The position numbers were made by a program, and so were the translations under genes. DNA of 64,000 bases. It comes from an uncultured bacterium (GTDB lineage Bacteria; Patescibacteriota; Minisyncoccia; UBA6257; GWB1-50-10). The first letter of the stretch is position 1; each line of letters begins with the position of its first letter. The stretch spans positions 7,461 to 71,460 of the forward strand of contig CAVRNT010000002.1 in the NCBI GenBank assembly GCA_963722655.1, given 5' to 3'. The notes beneath the pieces were generated by a model. That model was given only the letters and a program-made list of their open reading frames with translations, searched no databases and was not told where the DNA came from. Below, in pieces: positions 9,475 to 20,312 of this stretch.

Positions 9475-10101
9475 ATGGCGCTCGTTATTTTTTCCGTCAT
9501 CGTCCTGGTCTTCTCTGCTGTCATTCACGAAGTGATGCACGGCGTCGTCGCCGACAAGCTCGGCGACCCGACGGCGCGCCTCATGGGGCGGCTGACCTTG
9601 AATCCCCTGAAGCACTTGGACCCTTTCGGCTCCGTCATCCTGCCGCTCCTCCTCGCCCTCCTGCCGGGCGGGGTCGTCTTTGGCTGGGCGAAGCCCGTGC
9701 CCTACAATCCCTATAACTTGAAGGACCCGGAAAAGGGAGCGGCGATGATCGCCGCCGCGGGACCATTGAGCAACCTCTCGATCGCTGTCATCTTCGCCGT
9801 TATCTTCCGCGCCCTCGCCGCGTTGAACTTGGGCGCGATCGGTCCCGTCCTCGGCCAGCTCATCGAAACCATCGTCGTCATTAACGTCGTCCTCGCCGTC
9901 TTCAACCTCGTGCCCATCCCGCCTCTGGACGGCGCGAAGGTCGCGATGGCCTTTATGCCGGATTCCTGGGGGAGCTTCAAAATGTTCTTCCGCGAGAACA
10001 ATCCTTACGGCTGGATCATCCTCATCTTCTTCATCTTCTTCGGCCTTTCCATCATCAGCCCGATCATCTACGGCATCGCCGGTTTTCTCCTCGGAATTTG
10101 A
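9475..10101 (+). CDS. Peptidase M50 (site-2 protease family) integral membrane zinc metalloprotease
   Basis: HExxH motif HEVMHGVVA inside TM helix, multiple TM segments, downstream LDG motif (PIPPLDGAKV). Confidence 0.8.
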   Translation: MALVIFSVIVLVFSAVIHEVMHGVVADKLGDPTARLMGRLTLNPLKHLDPFGSVILPLLLALLPGGVVFGWAKPVPYNPYNLKDPEKGAAMIAAAGPLSNLSIAVIFAVIFRALAALNLGAIGPVLGQLIETIVVINVVLAVFNLVPIPPLDGAKVAMAFMPDSWGSFKMFFRENNPYGWIILIFFIFFGLSIISPIIYGIAGFLLGI

Positions 10102-10140
10102 CAAATCCTCAGGGTTTATCTATTTTTAATATCGTCACTA

Positions 10141-10554
10141 ATGCCGACAACCCATCAGCTGATGAAGCGCGGCCGCAGTGCGGTCGGGAGAAAATCCAAA
10201 GCGCCGGCCCTGGATTCTTATTTTAATTACATCCAGAACCGCCCCGTCAGTTCGCCCTCGCCCTTCAAGCGGGGAGTTTGCGTGAAGGTTTTCACGACGA
10301 CCCCGAAGAAGCCGAACTCGGCCTTGCGGAAGGTCGCCCGCGTGCGCCTCACGAACGGCATGGAGGTCACGGCCTACATTCCGGGCGAAGGCCATAATCT
10401 GCAGGAACACTCCGTCGTGATGATCCGCGGCGGCCGCGTGAAGGACCTGCCGGGCGTCCGGTACCACATCGTGCGCGGCGTTTTGGACACGCAAGGCGTC
10501 ACGGCCCGGAAACAGCAGCGCTCGAAGTACGGTACGAAGCACGCGAAGAAATAA
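10141..10554 (+). CDS. rpsL: 30S ribosomal protein S12
   Basis: [30 protein letters not shown]...[32 protein letters not shown]; about 13-aa insertion after PALD relative to E. coli. Confidence 0.95.
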   Translation: MPTTHQLMKRGRSAVGRKSKAPALDSYFNYIQNRPVSSPSPFKRGVCVKVFTTTPKKPNSALRKVARVRLTNGMEVTAYIPGEGHNLQEHSVVMIRGGRVKDLPGVRYHIVRGVLDTQGVTARKQQRSKYGTKHAKK

Positions 10555-10555
10555 A

Positions 10556-11023
10556 ATGAGGAGAAAGAATTTCAAAAAAACCGAAAAGAAGGCCGATTAT
10601 AAATACGATCGCATCGACACCGGCCGGTTCATCAACTATCTGATGGAGGACGGCAAGAAGGCCACGGCCGAGAAGGTCTTCTACGACGCTTTGGGAAAGA
10701 TTGCGGCCGAGACCAAAGAGGACCCGATCACGATTTTCGAAAAGGCGCTCACGAACGCGACTCCGCTCCTCGAGGTCGCCTCGAAGCGCATCGGCGGCGC
10801 GAACTACCAGATCCCGCGCGAAGTCAGGCCCGAGAGGCAGTTCTTCCTCGCCACCCACTGGATAATTAATGCGGCCCGCTCCAAGAAGGGGAAGCCGATG
10901 GCCGCGAAGCTCGCCGAAGAGCTCATTTTAGCCGCGAAGAACGAGGGCGCGGCGATCAAGAAGAAACAGGACACTCACCGGATGGCGGAAGCGAACCGCG
11001 CATTCGCGTCATACCTGAGATAA
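10556..11023 (+). CDS. rpsG: 30S ribosomal protein S7
   Basis: Conserved uS7 core, position after rpsL. Confidence 0.95.
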   Translation: MRRKNFKKTEKKADYKYDRIDTGRFINYLMEDGKKATAEKVFYDALGKIAAETKEDPITIFEKALTNATPLLEVASKRIGGANYQIPREVRPERQFFLATHWIINAARSKKGKPMAAKLAEELILAAKNEGAAIKKKQDTHRMAEANRAFASYLR

Positions 11024-11036
11024 AAAGGAGGAACTT

Positions 11037-13142
11037 ATGCCCCGACAGTACCCCATAGAAAAGGTGCGCGATTTCGGCATCATCGCGCATATCGACGCCG
11101 GCAAGACGACCGTTTCGGAGCGGATCCTTTTCTATACCGGCGTTTCCCATAAGATCGGCGAGGTCCACGAAGGGGACACGGTGATGGATTGGATGGAACA
11201 GGAGCGCGAGCGCGGCATCACGATCACCTCGGCCGCGACGACCTGTTTTTGGGTCCCGACCTACGCAAGCGGCGACAAGGAACACGAGCACCGGTTCAAC
11301 ATCATCGACACCCCCGGCCACATCGACTTTACCGTTGAGGTAAAGCGCTCCATGCGCGTCTTGGACGGCGCGGTCGTCGTCTTCGACGGCGTCGCGGGCG
11401 TGGAACCGCAATCCGAGACCAACTGGCACTACGCGGATGAATACAACGTGCCGCGCATCTGCTTCGTGAACAAATTGGATCGCGTCGGCGCGAGCTTCGA
11501 ATTCAGCTTCAAGTCCATCTTGGAACGCCTGACGCCGCATGCGGTCCCGATGCAGATCCCGATCGGCCTCGAAGACAAGTTCCAAGGCGTCGTGGACCTT
11601 TTGAAGATGAAGGCCTACCGCTTCGAAGGCGAGCACGGCGAAAAGATCGTCGAGGGCGAGGTGCCGGAAGATCTGAAGGCCGACGCGATGAAGCACCGCC
11701 ACGACCTCATTGAGAAGATCGTCGAGAAGGACAACTCCTTGATGGCGGAATATTTGGAAGGTAAAGAGCCGCCGCTCGCCGATTTGAAAAGGGTCTTGCG
11801 CAAGGCGACCATCGCGAATGAACTCGTGCCCGTCTTTTGCGGTTCGGCCTTGAAGAACAAGGGCGTCCAGCTCATACTCGACGCCGTCGTGGATTACTTA
11901 CCTTCGCCGGCGGATTTGCCGCCCACCAAGGGCGTGAACCCCTCGACCCATGCCGATGAGGAACGCCATCCGAAGGACGACGAACCCCTGGCGGCCCTCG
12001 CCTTTAAGGTGGCCGCCGATCCCTTCGTCGGTTCCCTCACTTATTTCCGCGTTTACTCCGGTACGATGAAGCGCGGCAGCTACGTTTTGAACTCGACCAA
12101 GAACAACCAGGAGCGCATCGGCCGCATCGTCCGGATGCACGCCAATCACCGCGAGGAGGTGGAGGAGATCTACGCGGGAGATCTGGGCGCCATCGTCGGA
12201 TTAAAGAACACCACGACCGGCGACACGCTCACGGACCCCGAGCATCCGATCATCCTAGAGACCATCACCTTCCCCGAACCGGTCATTTCCGTTCGCATTG
12301 AGCCGAAGACCAAGGCCGACCAGGAAAAAATGGGCATCGCCTTGCACCGCTTGGCGGAAGAAGACCCGACCTTTCGGGTCTCGGGCGATCTTGAAACGGG
12401 GGAGACCATCATCGCCGGAATGGGCGAACTGCATTTGGAGATCATCGTGGACCGCATGAAGCGGGAGTTCAGCGTCGAAGCCAACGTCGGCCGGCCACAG
12501 GTGGCCTACAAGGAGACCATCAAAGGCAAGGCCGAGGCGGAAGGGAAGTACATCCGCCAGTCCGGCGGCCGCGGTCAGTACGGTCACGTTTGGCTCAAGG
12601 TGGAGCCGATGGAACGCGGCACCGGCTTCGAGTTCGTGGATGCCATCAAGGGCGGTTCCATCCCGCAGGAGTTCATCCCGGCCGTCGAGAAAGGGGTGCG
12701 CGAGGCCTTGGATCGCGGCATCTTGGCCGGCTATCCTCTGATCGATCTCAAGGTCACGCTCTTCGACGGCTCCTTCCACGAAGTGGACTCTTCGGAGTTC
12801 GCCTTCAAGATCGCGGGCTCGATGGCCCTCCAGGAAGCGTGCACCAGGGCGAAGCTCATTCTCCTCGAACCGATCATGAAAGTGCAGACCATCGCGCCGC
12901 CGGACTTTTTGGGCGACGTGACGGGCGATCTCTCCGCCAAGCGCGGCCGCATCAAGGCGATGGGCGAGCGCGGCACGGTGCGCGTCATCGACGCGGACGT
13001 GCCCTTGGCCGAGATGTTCGGCTACTCCACCGCCCTCCGTTCGATGACCCAAGGCCGCGGCTCCTTCACGATGGAGTTCAGCCACTACGAGGAGGTGCCC
13101 CAGAGCGTCGCGGCGGCCATCATCGAAGGAAAGAAAAAGTAG
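11037..13142 (+). CDS. fusA: Elongation factor G
   Basis: GTPase motifs [21 protein letters not shown]; five-domain length 701 aa; str operon position. Confidence 0.95.
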   Translation: MPRQYPIEKVRDFGIIAHIDAGKTTVSERILFYTGVSHKIGEVHEGDTVMDWMEQERERGITITSAATTCFWVPTYASGDKEHEHRFNIIDTPGHIDFTVEVKRSMRVLDGAVVVFDGVAGVEPQSETNWHYADEYNVPRICFVNKLDRVGASFEFSFKSILERLTPHAVPMQIPIGLEDKFQGVVDLLKMKAYRFEGEHGEKIVEGEVPEDLKADAMKHRHDLIEKIVEKDNSLMAEYLEGKEPPLADLKRVLRKATIANELVPVFCGSALKNKGVQLILDAVVDYLPSPADLPPTKGVNPSTHADEERHPKDDEPLAALAFKVAADPFVGSLTYFRVYSGTMKRGSYVLNSTKNNQERIGRIVRMHANHREEVEEIYAGDLGAIVGLKNTTTGDTLTDPEHPIILETITFPEPVISVRIEPKTKADQEKMGIALHRLAEEDPTFRVSGDLETGETIIAGMGELHLEIIVDRMKREFSVEANVGRPQVAYKETIKGKAEAEGKYIRQSGGRGQYGHVWLKVEPMERGTGFEFVDAIKGGSIPQEFIPAVEKGVREALDRGILAGYPLIDLKVTLFDGSFHEVDSSEFAFKIAGSMALQEACTRAKLILLEPIMKVQTIAPPDFLGDVTGDLSAKRGRIKAMGERGTVRVIDADVPLAEMFGYSTALRSMTQGRGSFTMEFSHYEEVPQSVAAAIIEGKKK

Positions 13143-13248
13143 ACGCCGCTTGACATTTCGAGAGGAATCCGAGAAGATTGAGGATACCGAGTGTTATACT
13201 AAAGAGGTTAAAAAAATAAGGTCGAAACAAAGTATCAAAAAAACAACA

Positions 13249-14448
13249 ATGGCAGAAAAAGAAAAATACGTCAGGACCAAGCCCCACGTGAACGTCGGCA
13301 CGATCGGCCACGTGGACCACGGGAAGACGACCCTCACGGCCGCCATCACCCACATCCTGCACATGAAAGGTCTCGCGAAGAAGGAAGAGGGAGTCGACCA
13401 GATCGACAACGCCCCCGAGGAGAAGGCGCGCGGCATCACAATCGCTTTGCACCACTCGGAGTACGAGTCGGAGAAGCGCCACTACGCGCACATCGACGCT
13501 CCCGGCCACGCGGACTACATCAAGAACATGATTACGGGCGCCGCCCAGATGGACGGTGCGATCCTCGTCGTCGCGGCCACGGATGGCCCGATGCCGCAGA
13601 CCCGTGAGCACATCCTCCTGGCCTACCAGGTCGGCGTGCCGAAGATCGTCGTGTTCCTCAACAAGTGCGATATGGTGGACGATCCGGAGCTCATCGATCT
13701 CGTCGAGTCCGAGGTGCGCGAGCTATTGAAGAAATACCATTACGACGGTGATAATACTCCGATCATCCGCGGTTCGGCTTTGAAGGCCTTGGAGGCCAAG
13801 TCGCCCGATGACCCGGCCGCCAAGCCGATTCTGGACCTCGTGAAGGCCCTGGACGACTACATTCCGGACCCGATTCGCGAGACGGATAAGCCATTCCTAA
13901 TGCCGATCGAGGACATCTTCTCGATCGAAGGCCGCGGCACCGTCGTGACGGGCCGCGTGGAACGCGGCATCGTCCACGTGAACGACGAGGTTGAGGTCGT
14001 CGGTTTGAAGCCGACCGCCAAGACCGTAGTCACGGGCATCGAGATGTTCCAGAAGACGTTGGATGAAGGCCAGGCGGGCGATAACGTGGGCGTGCTCTTG
14101 CGCGGACTCAAGAAGGAGGAAGTGGAACGCGGCCAGGTCATCGCGAAGCCGGGCAGCGTCACCCCGCACACGGAGTTCTCGGCCGAGGTTTACGTCCTCT
14201 CCAAAGAGGAAGGCGGCCGCCACACCCCGTTCTTCAACGGCTACAAGCCCCAGTTCTATATCCGCACGACGGACGTGACGGGCGAAGTGACCTTGGCCCA
14301 GGGGACCGAGATGGTCATGCCGGGAGACACGACGAGTGTCACCGTTAAGCTCATCGCTCCGGTCGCTCTTGAAGAGAAGCAGCGCTTCGCCATCCGCGAA
14401 GGCGGCAAGACGGTGGGTGCCGGCGCGGTCACGAAGATCTTGAAGTAA
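13249..14448 (+). CDS. tuf: Elongation factor Tu
   Basis: Start at ATG 13249 ([29 protein letters not shown]); the upstream in-frame extension in the ORF track is not coding; [21 protein letters not shown] motifs. Confidence 0.95.
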   Translation: MAEKEKYVRTKPHVNVGTIGHVDHGKTTLTAAITHILHMKGLAKKEEGVDQIDNAPEEKARGITIALHHSEYESEKRHYAHIDAPGHADYIKNMITGAAQMDGAILVVAATDGPMPQTREHILLAYQVGVPKIVVFLNKCDMVDDPELIDLVESEVRELLKKYHYDGDNTPIIRGSALKALEAKSPDDPAAKPILDLVKALDDYIPDPIRETDKPFLMPIEDIFSIEGRGTVVTGRVERGIVHVNDEVEVVGLKPTAKTVVTGIEMFQKTLDEGQAGDNVGVLLRGLKKEEVERGQVIAKPGSVTPHTEFSAEVYVLSKEEGGRHTPFFNGYKPQFYIRTTDVTGEVTLAQGTEMVMPGDTTSVTVKLIAPVALEEKQRFAIREGGKTVGAGAVTKILK

Positions 14449-14475
14449 AAACAAAGTTCAGCTCTTTATCACTCC

Positions 14476-14808
14476 ATGGCAAAAAAAGAAGAACAGGTCC
14501 AAAACGGCCTCCTCCGGATAAAAGTGAAGGCCTATGATTCCAAGCTCATCGACAATTCGGTGAAGCAGATCATCGAGGCCATCCGCCGGCAGGGCGGAGA
14601 GGTCGTGGGACCGACGCCCTTACCGACTGAGTTCAAGAAGTACACCGTGAACCGCTCGACCTTCGTGCATAAGAAATCGCGCGAACAGTTCGAGCTCCGG
14701 GTGCATAAGCGCCTAGTGGACATCCTGAACCCCCAGCAGAAGGTGATCGAATCATTGACCGATCTCAACCTGCCCTCGGGCGTCGACGTGGAGATAAAGA
14801 TGAGCTAA
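14476..14808 (+). CDS. rpsJ: 30S ribosomal protein S10
   Basis: RIKVKAYDSKLIDNSVKQI...GPTPLPTEFKKYTVNRSTFVHKKSREQFELRVHKRLVDI. Confidence 0.93.
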   Translation: MAKKEEQVQNGLLRIKVKAYDSKLIDNSVKQIIEAIRRQGGEVVGPTPLPTEFKKYTVNRSTFVHKKSREQFELRVHKRLVDILNPQQKVIESLTDLNLPSGVDVEIKMS

Positions 14809-14820
14809 AAGCTAAGAGAA

Positions 14821-14850
14821 AGACCCGCCTCAAAGGCGGGTCTTTCGTTT
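14821..14850 (+). terminator. Rho-independent terminator after rpsJ
   Basis: AGACCCGCC-tcaaa-GGCGGGTCT stem followed by TTCGTTT. Confidence 0.5.
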
Positions 14851-14872
14851 GGGTATTTGGGAAGGGTGGGGA

Positions 14873-14902
14873 TTGACGGATTTGCGGGGAATAGATTAGA
14901 AT
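14873..14902 (+). promoter_or_regulatory. Candidate sigma-70 promoter for rplC operon
   Basis: TTGACG (14873-14878), 18-nt spacer, TAGAAT (14897-14902). Confidence 0.4.
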
Positions 14903-14960
14903 ACCTTTCACAGAGACAAGTAGCCAGAAGGGATAACCGGGCTAGGTCTCGGTTCTTTTT

Positions 14961-15398
14961 TTGACCGGAATCATGCTGAAATTAAGCGGCAAAAAACTGA
15001 AGATGACGCAGGTCTGGCAAGGCGACGTCGCCATGCCGATCACGACCGTCAAGATGGATGAAAAAGCCGACTTGGGCGACCTCAAGACCGGCGATTTGGT
15101 GACCGTGAGCGGCACGAGCAAGGGGCGCGGTTTCGCGGGCGTCGTGAAGCGTTACGGCTTCCACGGCGGACCGAAGACCCACGGTCAGAAAAACCGCCTG
15201 CGGGCTCCGGGTTCCATTGGTCCCACGGCGCCCCAGCGCACCATTCCCGGTCGCCGGATGGCCGGCCATATGGGCGTCGAGAAGATCACCGTGAGGAACC
15301 TTTCCGTCGTTTCCGTCGAAGCCGAAAAGAAGACGGTTGCCCTTAAAGGTGCCGTGCCGGGGGCGGTCGGCGGCAAGGTGGAGATCAGGAAGAAATAA
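14961..15398 (+). CDS. rplC: 50S ribosomal protein L3 (shortened form)
   Basis: KKLKMTQVW...GTSKGRGFAGVVKRYGFHGGPKTHGQKNRLRAPGSIG...; only about 145 aa (typical about 210); start may be the internal Met at 14973. Confidence 0.8.
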   Translation: MTGIMLKLSGKKLKMTQVWQGDVAMPITTVKMDEKADLGDLKTGDLVTVSGTSKGRGFAGVVKRYGFHGGPKTHGQKNRLRAPGSIGPTAPQRTIPGRRMAGHMGVEKITVRNLSVVSVEAEKKTVALKGAVPGAVGGKVEIRKK

Positions 15399-15402
15399 AA
15401 TT

Positions 15403-16026
15403 ATGAAGGTGGAAATTTTCGACAAAACCAACAAGCAGACCGGCGAGATAGAAGTGCCGGAGAAGTTCTTCGGTCTCAAGTGGAACGCCGATCTGGTCCA
15501 CCAGGTGATCACGGCCTTTTTAGCAAATCTTCGGAAGCCCTGGGCCCACACGAAGGATCGGAGCGAGGTCAGAGGCGGTGGCAAGAAGCCCTGGCAACAG
15601 AAGCACACCGGCCGGGCGCGGCATGGCTCCTCCCGGTCGCCGCTCTGGATCGGCGGTGGCGTGACCTTTGGTCCCCGGAACGAGAAATCCTACAAAAAGA
15701 AGATCAACAAGAAGATGCAGCGCATCGCGCTTTGGACCGTTCTGTCCAAAAAGCTCAAGGACGAAGTGAAGATCATTAATGACCTTTCCGTGGCCGAGCC
15801 GAAGACTAAGAACGTCGCCGTCATCCTCAAGAATTTTTTCAAAAAACCGACGAGCTTGCTCATCGTGGGCGCCAAGGCCAACAAAGACTTGCTCCGGGCG
15901 GCCCGCAATCTACCGAAGGTGGAGGTGCGGACGGCGAGCGACCTCAATGTTTACGACTGTGCGAGCCACAAGTACGTCTTTTTCGAAAAGAAGGCAGTCG
16001 AGGAGTTGATGGAGAAATATAAATAA
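15403..16026 (+). CDS. rplD: 50S ribosomal protein L4
   Basis: ATG 15403 (MKVEIFDK...); RGGGKKPWQQKHTGRARHGS motif. Confidence 0.9.
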   Translation: MKVEIFDKTNKQTGEIEVPEKFFGLKWNADLVHQVITAFLANLRKPWAHTKDRSEVRGGGKKPWQQKHTGRARHGSSRSPLWIGGGVTFGPRNEKSYKKKINKKMQRIALWTVLSKKLKDEVKIINDLSVAEPKTKNVAVILKNFFKKPTSLLIVGAKANKDLLRAARNLPKVEVRTASDLNVYDCASHKYVFFEKKAVEELMEKYK

Positions 16027-16031
16027 CCTTT

Positions 16032-16409
16032 ATGGCCCTCTTCAAATCGAAGAAAACCAAAGAGACCAAACCGGCCGCGGCACCGGTCGAGGTCAAGGAA
16101 ACGAAGGCCGCTCCGGTCGCCGTCTCGGGCCACCGGCCGAACTACGCCGTTTTAAAGAAACCCTGGATATCGGAGAAGGCCTTAGTGGCCGGCGCGCACG
16201 AACAGTACGCCTTTGCCGTCGACGTCACCGCGACGAAACCCATGGTCCGCGATGAGGTGGAACGCCGCTACGGCGTGCACGTTTTGGGGGTGAACGTCAT
16301 CCGCTTCACGGGGAAGCAAAAGCACTATCGCGGCAAATTGAGCCACAAAATGGTCCAAAAAAAGGCCATCGTCACCTTGAAGAAAGGCGAGAAGATAGAC
16401 ATCCAATGA
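16032..16409 (+). CDS. rplW: 50S ribosomal protein L23 with about 35-aa Lys/Ala-rich N-terminal extension
   Basis: Core YAVLKKPWISEKA...YAFAVDVTATKPMVRDEVERRYGVHVLGVNVI. Confidence 0.88.
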   Translation: MALFKSKKTKETKPAAAPVEVKETKAAPVAVSGHRPNYAVLKKPWISEKALVAGAHEQYAFAVDVTATKPMVRDEVERRYGVHVLGVNVIRFTGKQKHYRGKLSHKMVQKKAIVTLKKGEKIDIQ

Positions 16410-16410
16410 T

Positions 16411-17241
16411 ATGAAATCCTTCAACCCCACCACCCCCTCTCGCCGGTTCATGACGGTCGCGGATTACAGTTCACTCTCGGCCGTGAAGCCCTTGAAGTCC
16501 CTGACGAAGCGTCTCAAGAAGAACGCCGGCCGCAATAACGCCGGCCGCATCACGATGCGCCACCAAGGGGCCGGCAACAAGATCATCTACCGCAAGATCG
16601 ATTTCAAACAGGACAAGGTCGGCGTGCCGGCGCGGGTCGAGGCGATCGAGTACGATCCGTACCGCACCGCCTTCATCGCCCGCCTCCTTTATGCGGACGG
16701 CGAGCGCCGTTACATCTTGGCGCCTCACGGCCTCGCGGTCGGAGCGAAGATCGTTTCCGGACCGGACGCGCCCCTCGAGACGGGCAACCGCACGAGCTTG
16801 AAGCGCATCCCGGTGGGCGCTTTCGTCCACAACATCGAGTTCTTTCCGGGCCGCGGCGGAGCCCTCGGCCGGAGCGCGGGACTGGCCATCCAAGTCCTCG
16901 CCCAGGAGGACGGCTTCACGCACCTCAAGATGCCTTCGGGCGAGATCCGCAAGGTGAGCTGGGACTGCTTTGCCACCCTCGGTTCCGTTTCGAATCCGGA
17001 GTATAATCTCGTCACGATCGGCAAGGCCGGTCGCACCCGCTGGCTGAACGTTCGACCGACGGTGCGCGGCAGTGCGATGAACCCGCGCGACCATCCTTAC
17101 GGCGGCGGCGAAGGGCGCCAGCCGCGCGGCACGAAGCGGCCGAAGACGAAGTGGGGGAAGATCACGGGCGGTCACAAGACCCGCCGCAAGAAGAAATGGT
17201 CCAACCAGCTGATCGTGAAACGCAGACCAAAAATCAGATAA
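16411..17241 (+). CDS. rplB: 50S ribosomal protein L2
   Basis: [16 protein letters not shown]...[16 protein letters not shown]. Confidence 0.95.
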   Translation: MKSFNPTTPSRRFMTVADYSSLSAVKPLKSLTKRLKKNAGRNNAGRITMRHQGAGNKIIYRKIDFKQDKVGVPARVEAIEYDPYRTAFIARLLYADGERRYILAPHGLAVGAKIVSGPDAPLETGNRTSLKRIPVGAFVHNIEFFPGRGGALGRSAGLAIQVLAQEDGFTHLKMPSGEIRKVSWDCFATLGSVSNPEYNLVTIGKAGRTRWLNVRPTVRGSAMNPRDHPYGGGEGRQPRGTKRPKTKWGKITGGHKTRRKKKWSNQLIVKRRPKIR

Positions 17242-17245
17242 ACAC

Positions 17246-17578
17246 ATGAGTCGCAGTTCAAAAAAAGGACCTTGGGTTGATCCCAAGCTCATCAAGAAGA
17301 TCGCCGGCAAGAAACCGGCGGATGCGGCCGTCATCAAGACCTGGTCGCGCGCGAGCGAGATCTCGCCGGAGATGGTGGGCTTTGCCTTCGCCGTCCATAA
17401 CGGTAAGGATTTCATTGAGGTCCGCATCTCGGAGGATATGGTCGGCCATCGGCTCGGCGAGTTCTCGCCGACCCGGAAGTTCGTGAAGCACGGCGGCAAG
17501 ATGCAGCGCGATCTCGAACAGGGAGCGGCGGCCGCTCCAGCCGCGCCGGCCGGAAACGGCGGAGCCGCAAAAAAATAG
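17246..17578 (+). CDS. rpsS: 30S ribosomal protein S19 with Ala-rich C-terminal tail
   Basis: [14 protein letters not shown]...[38 protein letters not shown]. Confidence 0.93.
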   Translation: MSRSSKKGPWVDPKLIKKIAGKKPADAAVIKTWSRASEISPEMVGFAFAVHNGKDFIEVRISEDMVGHRLGEFSPTRKFVKHGGKMQRDLEQGAAAAPAAPAGNGGAAKK

Positions 17579-17581
17579 ACC

Positions 17582-18118
17582 ATGGACACTTTGACCGTCA
17601 AACTGAACTATCTGCGCATCCCGCCCCGCAAGGTGCGGCTTTTGGCCAATTCCTTGAAGGGCCTTTTGGCCACGGAGGCCGAGGCACGTTTGATGTTGAA
17701 TCCTCGCCGAAGCAAGGAAGCGCTCCTCAAACTCTTGCGTTCGGCCATTGCCAATGCTAAAAATAACCATCAGCTCTCGCCGGAGAAACTTTTCATAAAG
17801 TCCGTTCTGGTGAACATTGGTCCGCGTTACAAGCACTGGACGCCCCGCGCCAAGGGCTCGGCGGCCGTCATTCAGCGCCTCACGAGCCACGTGACCTTGG
17901 TCTTGGGCATCCGGAGCGAGGTACCGAGCCGGTTCACCATCGTCCGAACCAAGCCGAAGAAGACCGAGGAGAAACCGAAGAAGGAACCCAAACAGAAAGT
18001 TGTGCCGTCCGCCAAAGGCGGGTCCGTCTCCGGCGGAAAGAAGACCGAGGCCGCCGAGGCGAAGCCTAAGGCGGAACCCGGCGTCTTCCGGCGCGTCTTT
18101 AGAAGGAAAGCGATTTAA
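17582..18118 (+). CDS. rplV: 50S ribosomal protein L22 with about 60-aa Lys-rich C-terminal extension
   Basis: uL22 core to about residue 115, then KPKKTEEKPKKEPKQK... tail. Confidence 0.9.
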   Translation: MDTLTVKLNYLRIPPRKVRLLANSLKGLLATEAEARLMLNPRRSKEALLKLLRSAIANAKNNHQLSPEKLFIKSVLVNIGPRYKHWTPRAKGSAAVIQRLTSHVTLVLGIRSEVPSRFTIVRTKPKKTEEKPKKEPKQKVVPSAKGGSVSGGKKTEAAEAKPKAEPGVFRRVFRRKAI

Positions 18119-18122
18119 AATT

Positions 18123-18788
18123 ATGGCCAGAAAAGTACAACCGAATTCATATCGTCTGGGACTCAACGTCCCGTGGTCCAGCCGTTGGTTCTTCAAAAGG
18201 TCCCTGCGGTACTTTTTGGCGGAAGACCAGGCGATCCGCGGGATCGTCCGGAAGAAGATCCTCCAGGCGGGCATCGCCGGCATCGACATCGAGCGGATGG
18301 GCGAAAACGTCCGGGTGAACGTCCGCGCCTCGCGCCCGGGCCTCATCATCGGCCGCGGCGGGCAGGGAATCGATGACCTGCGGAGCGCCATCACGAAGGT
18401 CGTGAAAGCCCTGCGGCGCAAGAACAAATGGCCGGAGAAGTTCGTTTTAAACCTGAACGTTGAGGAGCTGAAGCGCTTCGAGGTTTCGGCGCCGGTCCTC
18501 GCCCAGCAGTACGCCTTCGATCTCGAGAAGCGCTTGCCTTACCGGCGGGCGATGAAGCGGCTCATTGAATCCACAATGCAGAACCGCGACGTGAAGGGTG
18601 CGAAGATCCGGGTCGGTGGCCGGCTGGACGGCGCCGAGATCGCGCGCGTGGACGGCCTCACGGTCGGCAAGATGCCGCTCCAAACGCTCCGGGCCAACAT
18701 CGATTACGGCGAGGCAACCGCCTTCACTTCCTACGGCACGATCGGTATCAAGCTTTGGATATACAAAGGGGACATCTTTGAAAAGTAG
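18123..18788 (+). CDS. rpsC: 30S ribosomal protein S3
   Basis: ATG 18123 (MARKVQPNSYRLGLNVPWSSRWF); KH domain and C-terminal domain (RRAMKRLIE...GRLDGAEIAR...LQTLRANIDYG). Confidence 0.93.
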   Translation: MARKVQPNSYRLGLNVPWSSRWFFKRSLRYFLAEDQAIRGIVRKKILQAGIAGIDIERMGENVRVNVRASRPGLIIGRGGQGIDDLRSAITKVVKALRRKNKWPEKFVLNLNVEELKRFEVSAPVLAQQYAFDLEKRLPYRRAMKRLIESTMQNRDVKGAKIRVGGRLDGAEIARVDGLTVGKMPLQTLRANIDYGEATAFTSYGTIGIKLWIYKGDIFEK

Positions 18789-18793
18789 CCATC

Positions 18794-19210
18794 ATGCTCA
18801 CCCAACCCAGGAAAACCAAGCATCGGAAGCAGCAGAAGGGCCGGTCCAAGAAGCGGATGAAGGAGACCCGCGGCCTTTATTTGAGCTACGGCCGTTACGG
18901 TCTTCAGGCGACCTCGGCCGCTTGGGTGACCGCGAACCAGCTCGAGGCCGGCCGCAAGGCCATCACCCACGCCCTCAAAAGGGGCGGCAATATGTGGATC
19001 CGGGTCTTCCCCGACAAGCCGATCACGAAGCTCCCGCCCGAGGTGACCTTGGGCGGAGGCAAAGGCAACGTGGAATATTACGTGGTGCCGGTCAAACCCG
19101 GTCGGATAATCTTCGAGATGGACGGCGTGCCGCGCGAGGCGGCCATGACGGCCTTGAAGAACGCCGGTCACAAGATGCCGGTCCGGACCAGGGTCATAGA
19201 AAAAAGATGA
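18794..19210 (+). CDS. rplP: 50S ribosomal protein L16
   Basis: MLTQPRKTKHRKQQKGR... uL16 N-terminus and core. Confidence 0.93.
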   Translation: MLTQPRKTKHRKQQKGRSKKRMKETRGLYLSYGRYGLQATSAAWVTANQLEAGRKAITHALKRGGNMWIRVFPDKPITKLPPEVTLGGGKGNVEYYVVPVKPGRIIFEMDGVPREAAMTALKNAGHKMPVRTRVIEKR

Positions 19211-19407
19211 AAATAAAAGAATTCAAAAACTTCAAAACGAAGCCCGTCCCGGAGCTCCAAAAAGAGCTCAAAGCCCGCGAGGAAAAGCTCTCGCAGTTGC
19301 GCTTTGACCTCTCGGCCGGTAAGGTGAAGAACATTCGCGAGATCCGGCACATCAAGAAGGACATCGCCCAGATACTCACTTTGATTAAAATATCCAACCA
19401 TGCGTAA
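19207..19407 (+). CDS. rpmC: 50S ribosomal protein L29
   Basis: ATG 19207 overlapping rplP stop; MKIKEFKNFKTKPVPELQKELKAREEKLSQLRFDLSAGKVKNIREIRHIKKDIAQI. Confidence 0.85.
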   Translation: MKIKEFKNFKTKPVPELQKELKAREEKLSQLRFDLSAGKVKNIREIRHIKKDIAQILTLIKISNHA

Positions 19408-19627
19408 GCTCACCGGCATAATCGTTTCGGACAAGATGCAGAAGACCCGCGTCGTCTCCGTCGATCGGCAGAAGAAGCACGCGCGCTACGGCAAGTACTA
19501 CACCGTGACGACGCGCCTCAAAGCCCACGACGAGAAGAACGAGTACAAGACGGGGGACAAGGTCATCATCCAAGAGTCCCGACCGCTCTCCAAAGAAAAA
19601 AGGTGGACGATCGTCTCCAAGGCCTAA
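19400..19627 (+). CDS. rpsQ: 30S ribosomal protein S17
   Basis: LTGIIVSDKMQKTRVVSVDRQKKHARYGKYYTVTTRLKAHDEKNEYKTGDKV. Confidence 0.9.
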   Translation: MRKLTGIIVSDKMQKTRVVSVDRQKKHARYGKYYTVTTRLKAHDEKNEYKTGDKVIIQESRPLSKEKRWTIVSKA

Positions 19628-19630
19628 GCC

Positions 19631-20002
19631 ATGATCCAAGAACGCTCCATACTCAAAGTGGCTGATAACTCGGGCGCGAAGACCGTGCGGTGTTTCCGCG
19701 TCCTCGGGGGCAGCGGCCGCCGGTACGCCCAAGTGGGCGACATCATCATCGCCTCCGTCCAAGCGGCGGAACCGCGGAAACAGATCAAGAAGAAGGACAT
19801 AGTCCAGTGCGTCATCGTCCGCCAAAGCAAGCCCATTCGCCGGGCCGACGGCTCTCAGGTGAAGTTCGACGAGAACGCCGTGGTCATCATCGACAAAGCG
19901 AAGAAGGAACCCAGGGCGACCCGCGTCTTCGGGCCGGTCCCGCGGGAGATCAAGGAAAGGGGCTACGACGCCATCGCTTCGATGGCCGAAGAGCTGGTCT
20001 AA
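19631..20002 (+). CDS. rplN: 50S ribosomal protein L14
   Basis: MIQERSILKVADNSGAK...CFRVLGGSGRRYAQVGDIIIASV. Confidence 0.95.
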   Translation: MIQERSILKVADNSGAKTVRCFRVLGGSGRRYAQVGDIIIASVQAAEPRKQIKKKDIVQCVIVRQSKPIRRADGSQVKFDENAVVIIDKAKKEPRATRVFGPVPREIKERGYDAIASMAEELV

Positions 20003-20006
20003 AAAT

Positions 20007-20312
20007 ATGCGCATCAAGAAAGGGGACAACGTGAAGATCATCAAAGGCAAGGACCGCGGCAAAACGGGGAAGGTCATCCGCATTGACCGGGTCTCTGGCC
20101 GAGTGACCGTTGAGGGTCTGAATGTCTTCAAAAAGCACGCCCGCCCGCGCAAGCAGGGCGAGAAGGGCGAGATCGTTTCGGTGGCGCGCCCGCTTAGAGC
20201 GGAAAACGTCGCCTTGGTTTGCCCATCGTGCCACGAGGCCACTCGGATCGGGATGAAGCTGGAGGGTCAAACTAAAAAGCGCTTTTGCCGGAAATGCGGC
20301 GCCAACATATGA
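20007..20312 (+). CDS. rplX: 50S ribosomal protein L24 with C-terminal CxxC...CxxC zinc-ribbon extension
   Basis: KOW core MRIKKGDNVKIIKGKDRGKTGKV; tail [30 protein letters not shown]. Confidence 0.88.
   Translation: MRIKKGDNVKIIKGKDRGKTGKVIRIDRVSGRVTVEGLNVFKKHARPRKQGEKGEIVSVARPLRAENVALVCPSCHEATRIGMKLEGQTKKRFCRKCGANI

Noticed and set aside
12255-13153. Alternate-frame ORFs (276 aa minus, 187 aa plus) inside fusA
   Set aside because: fusA reading frame carries all GTPase motifs; the others have none.
16471-18427. 376-aa and 389-aa minus-strand ORFs across rplB/rpsS/rplV/rpsC
   Set aside because: Antisense to ribosomal protein genes; Arg/Ala/Gly-rich shadow ORFs typical of high GC.
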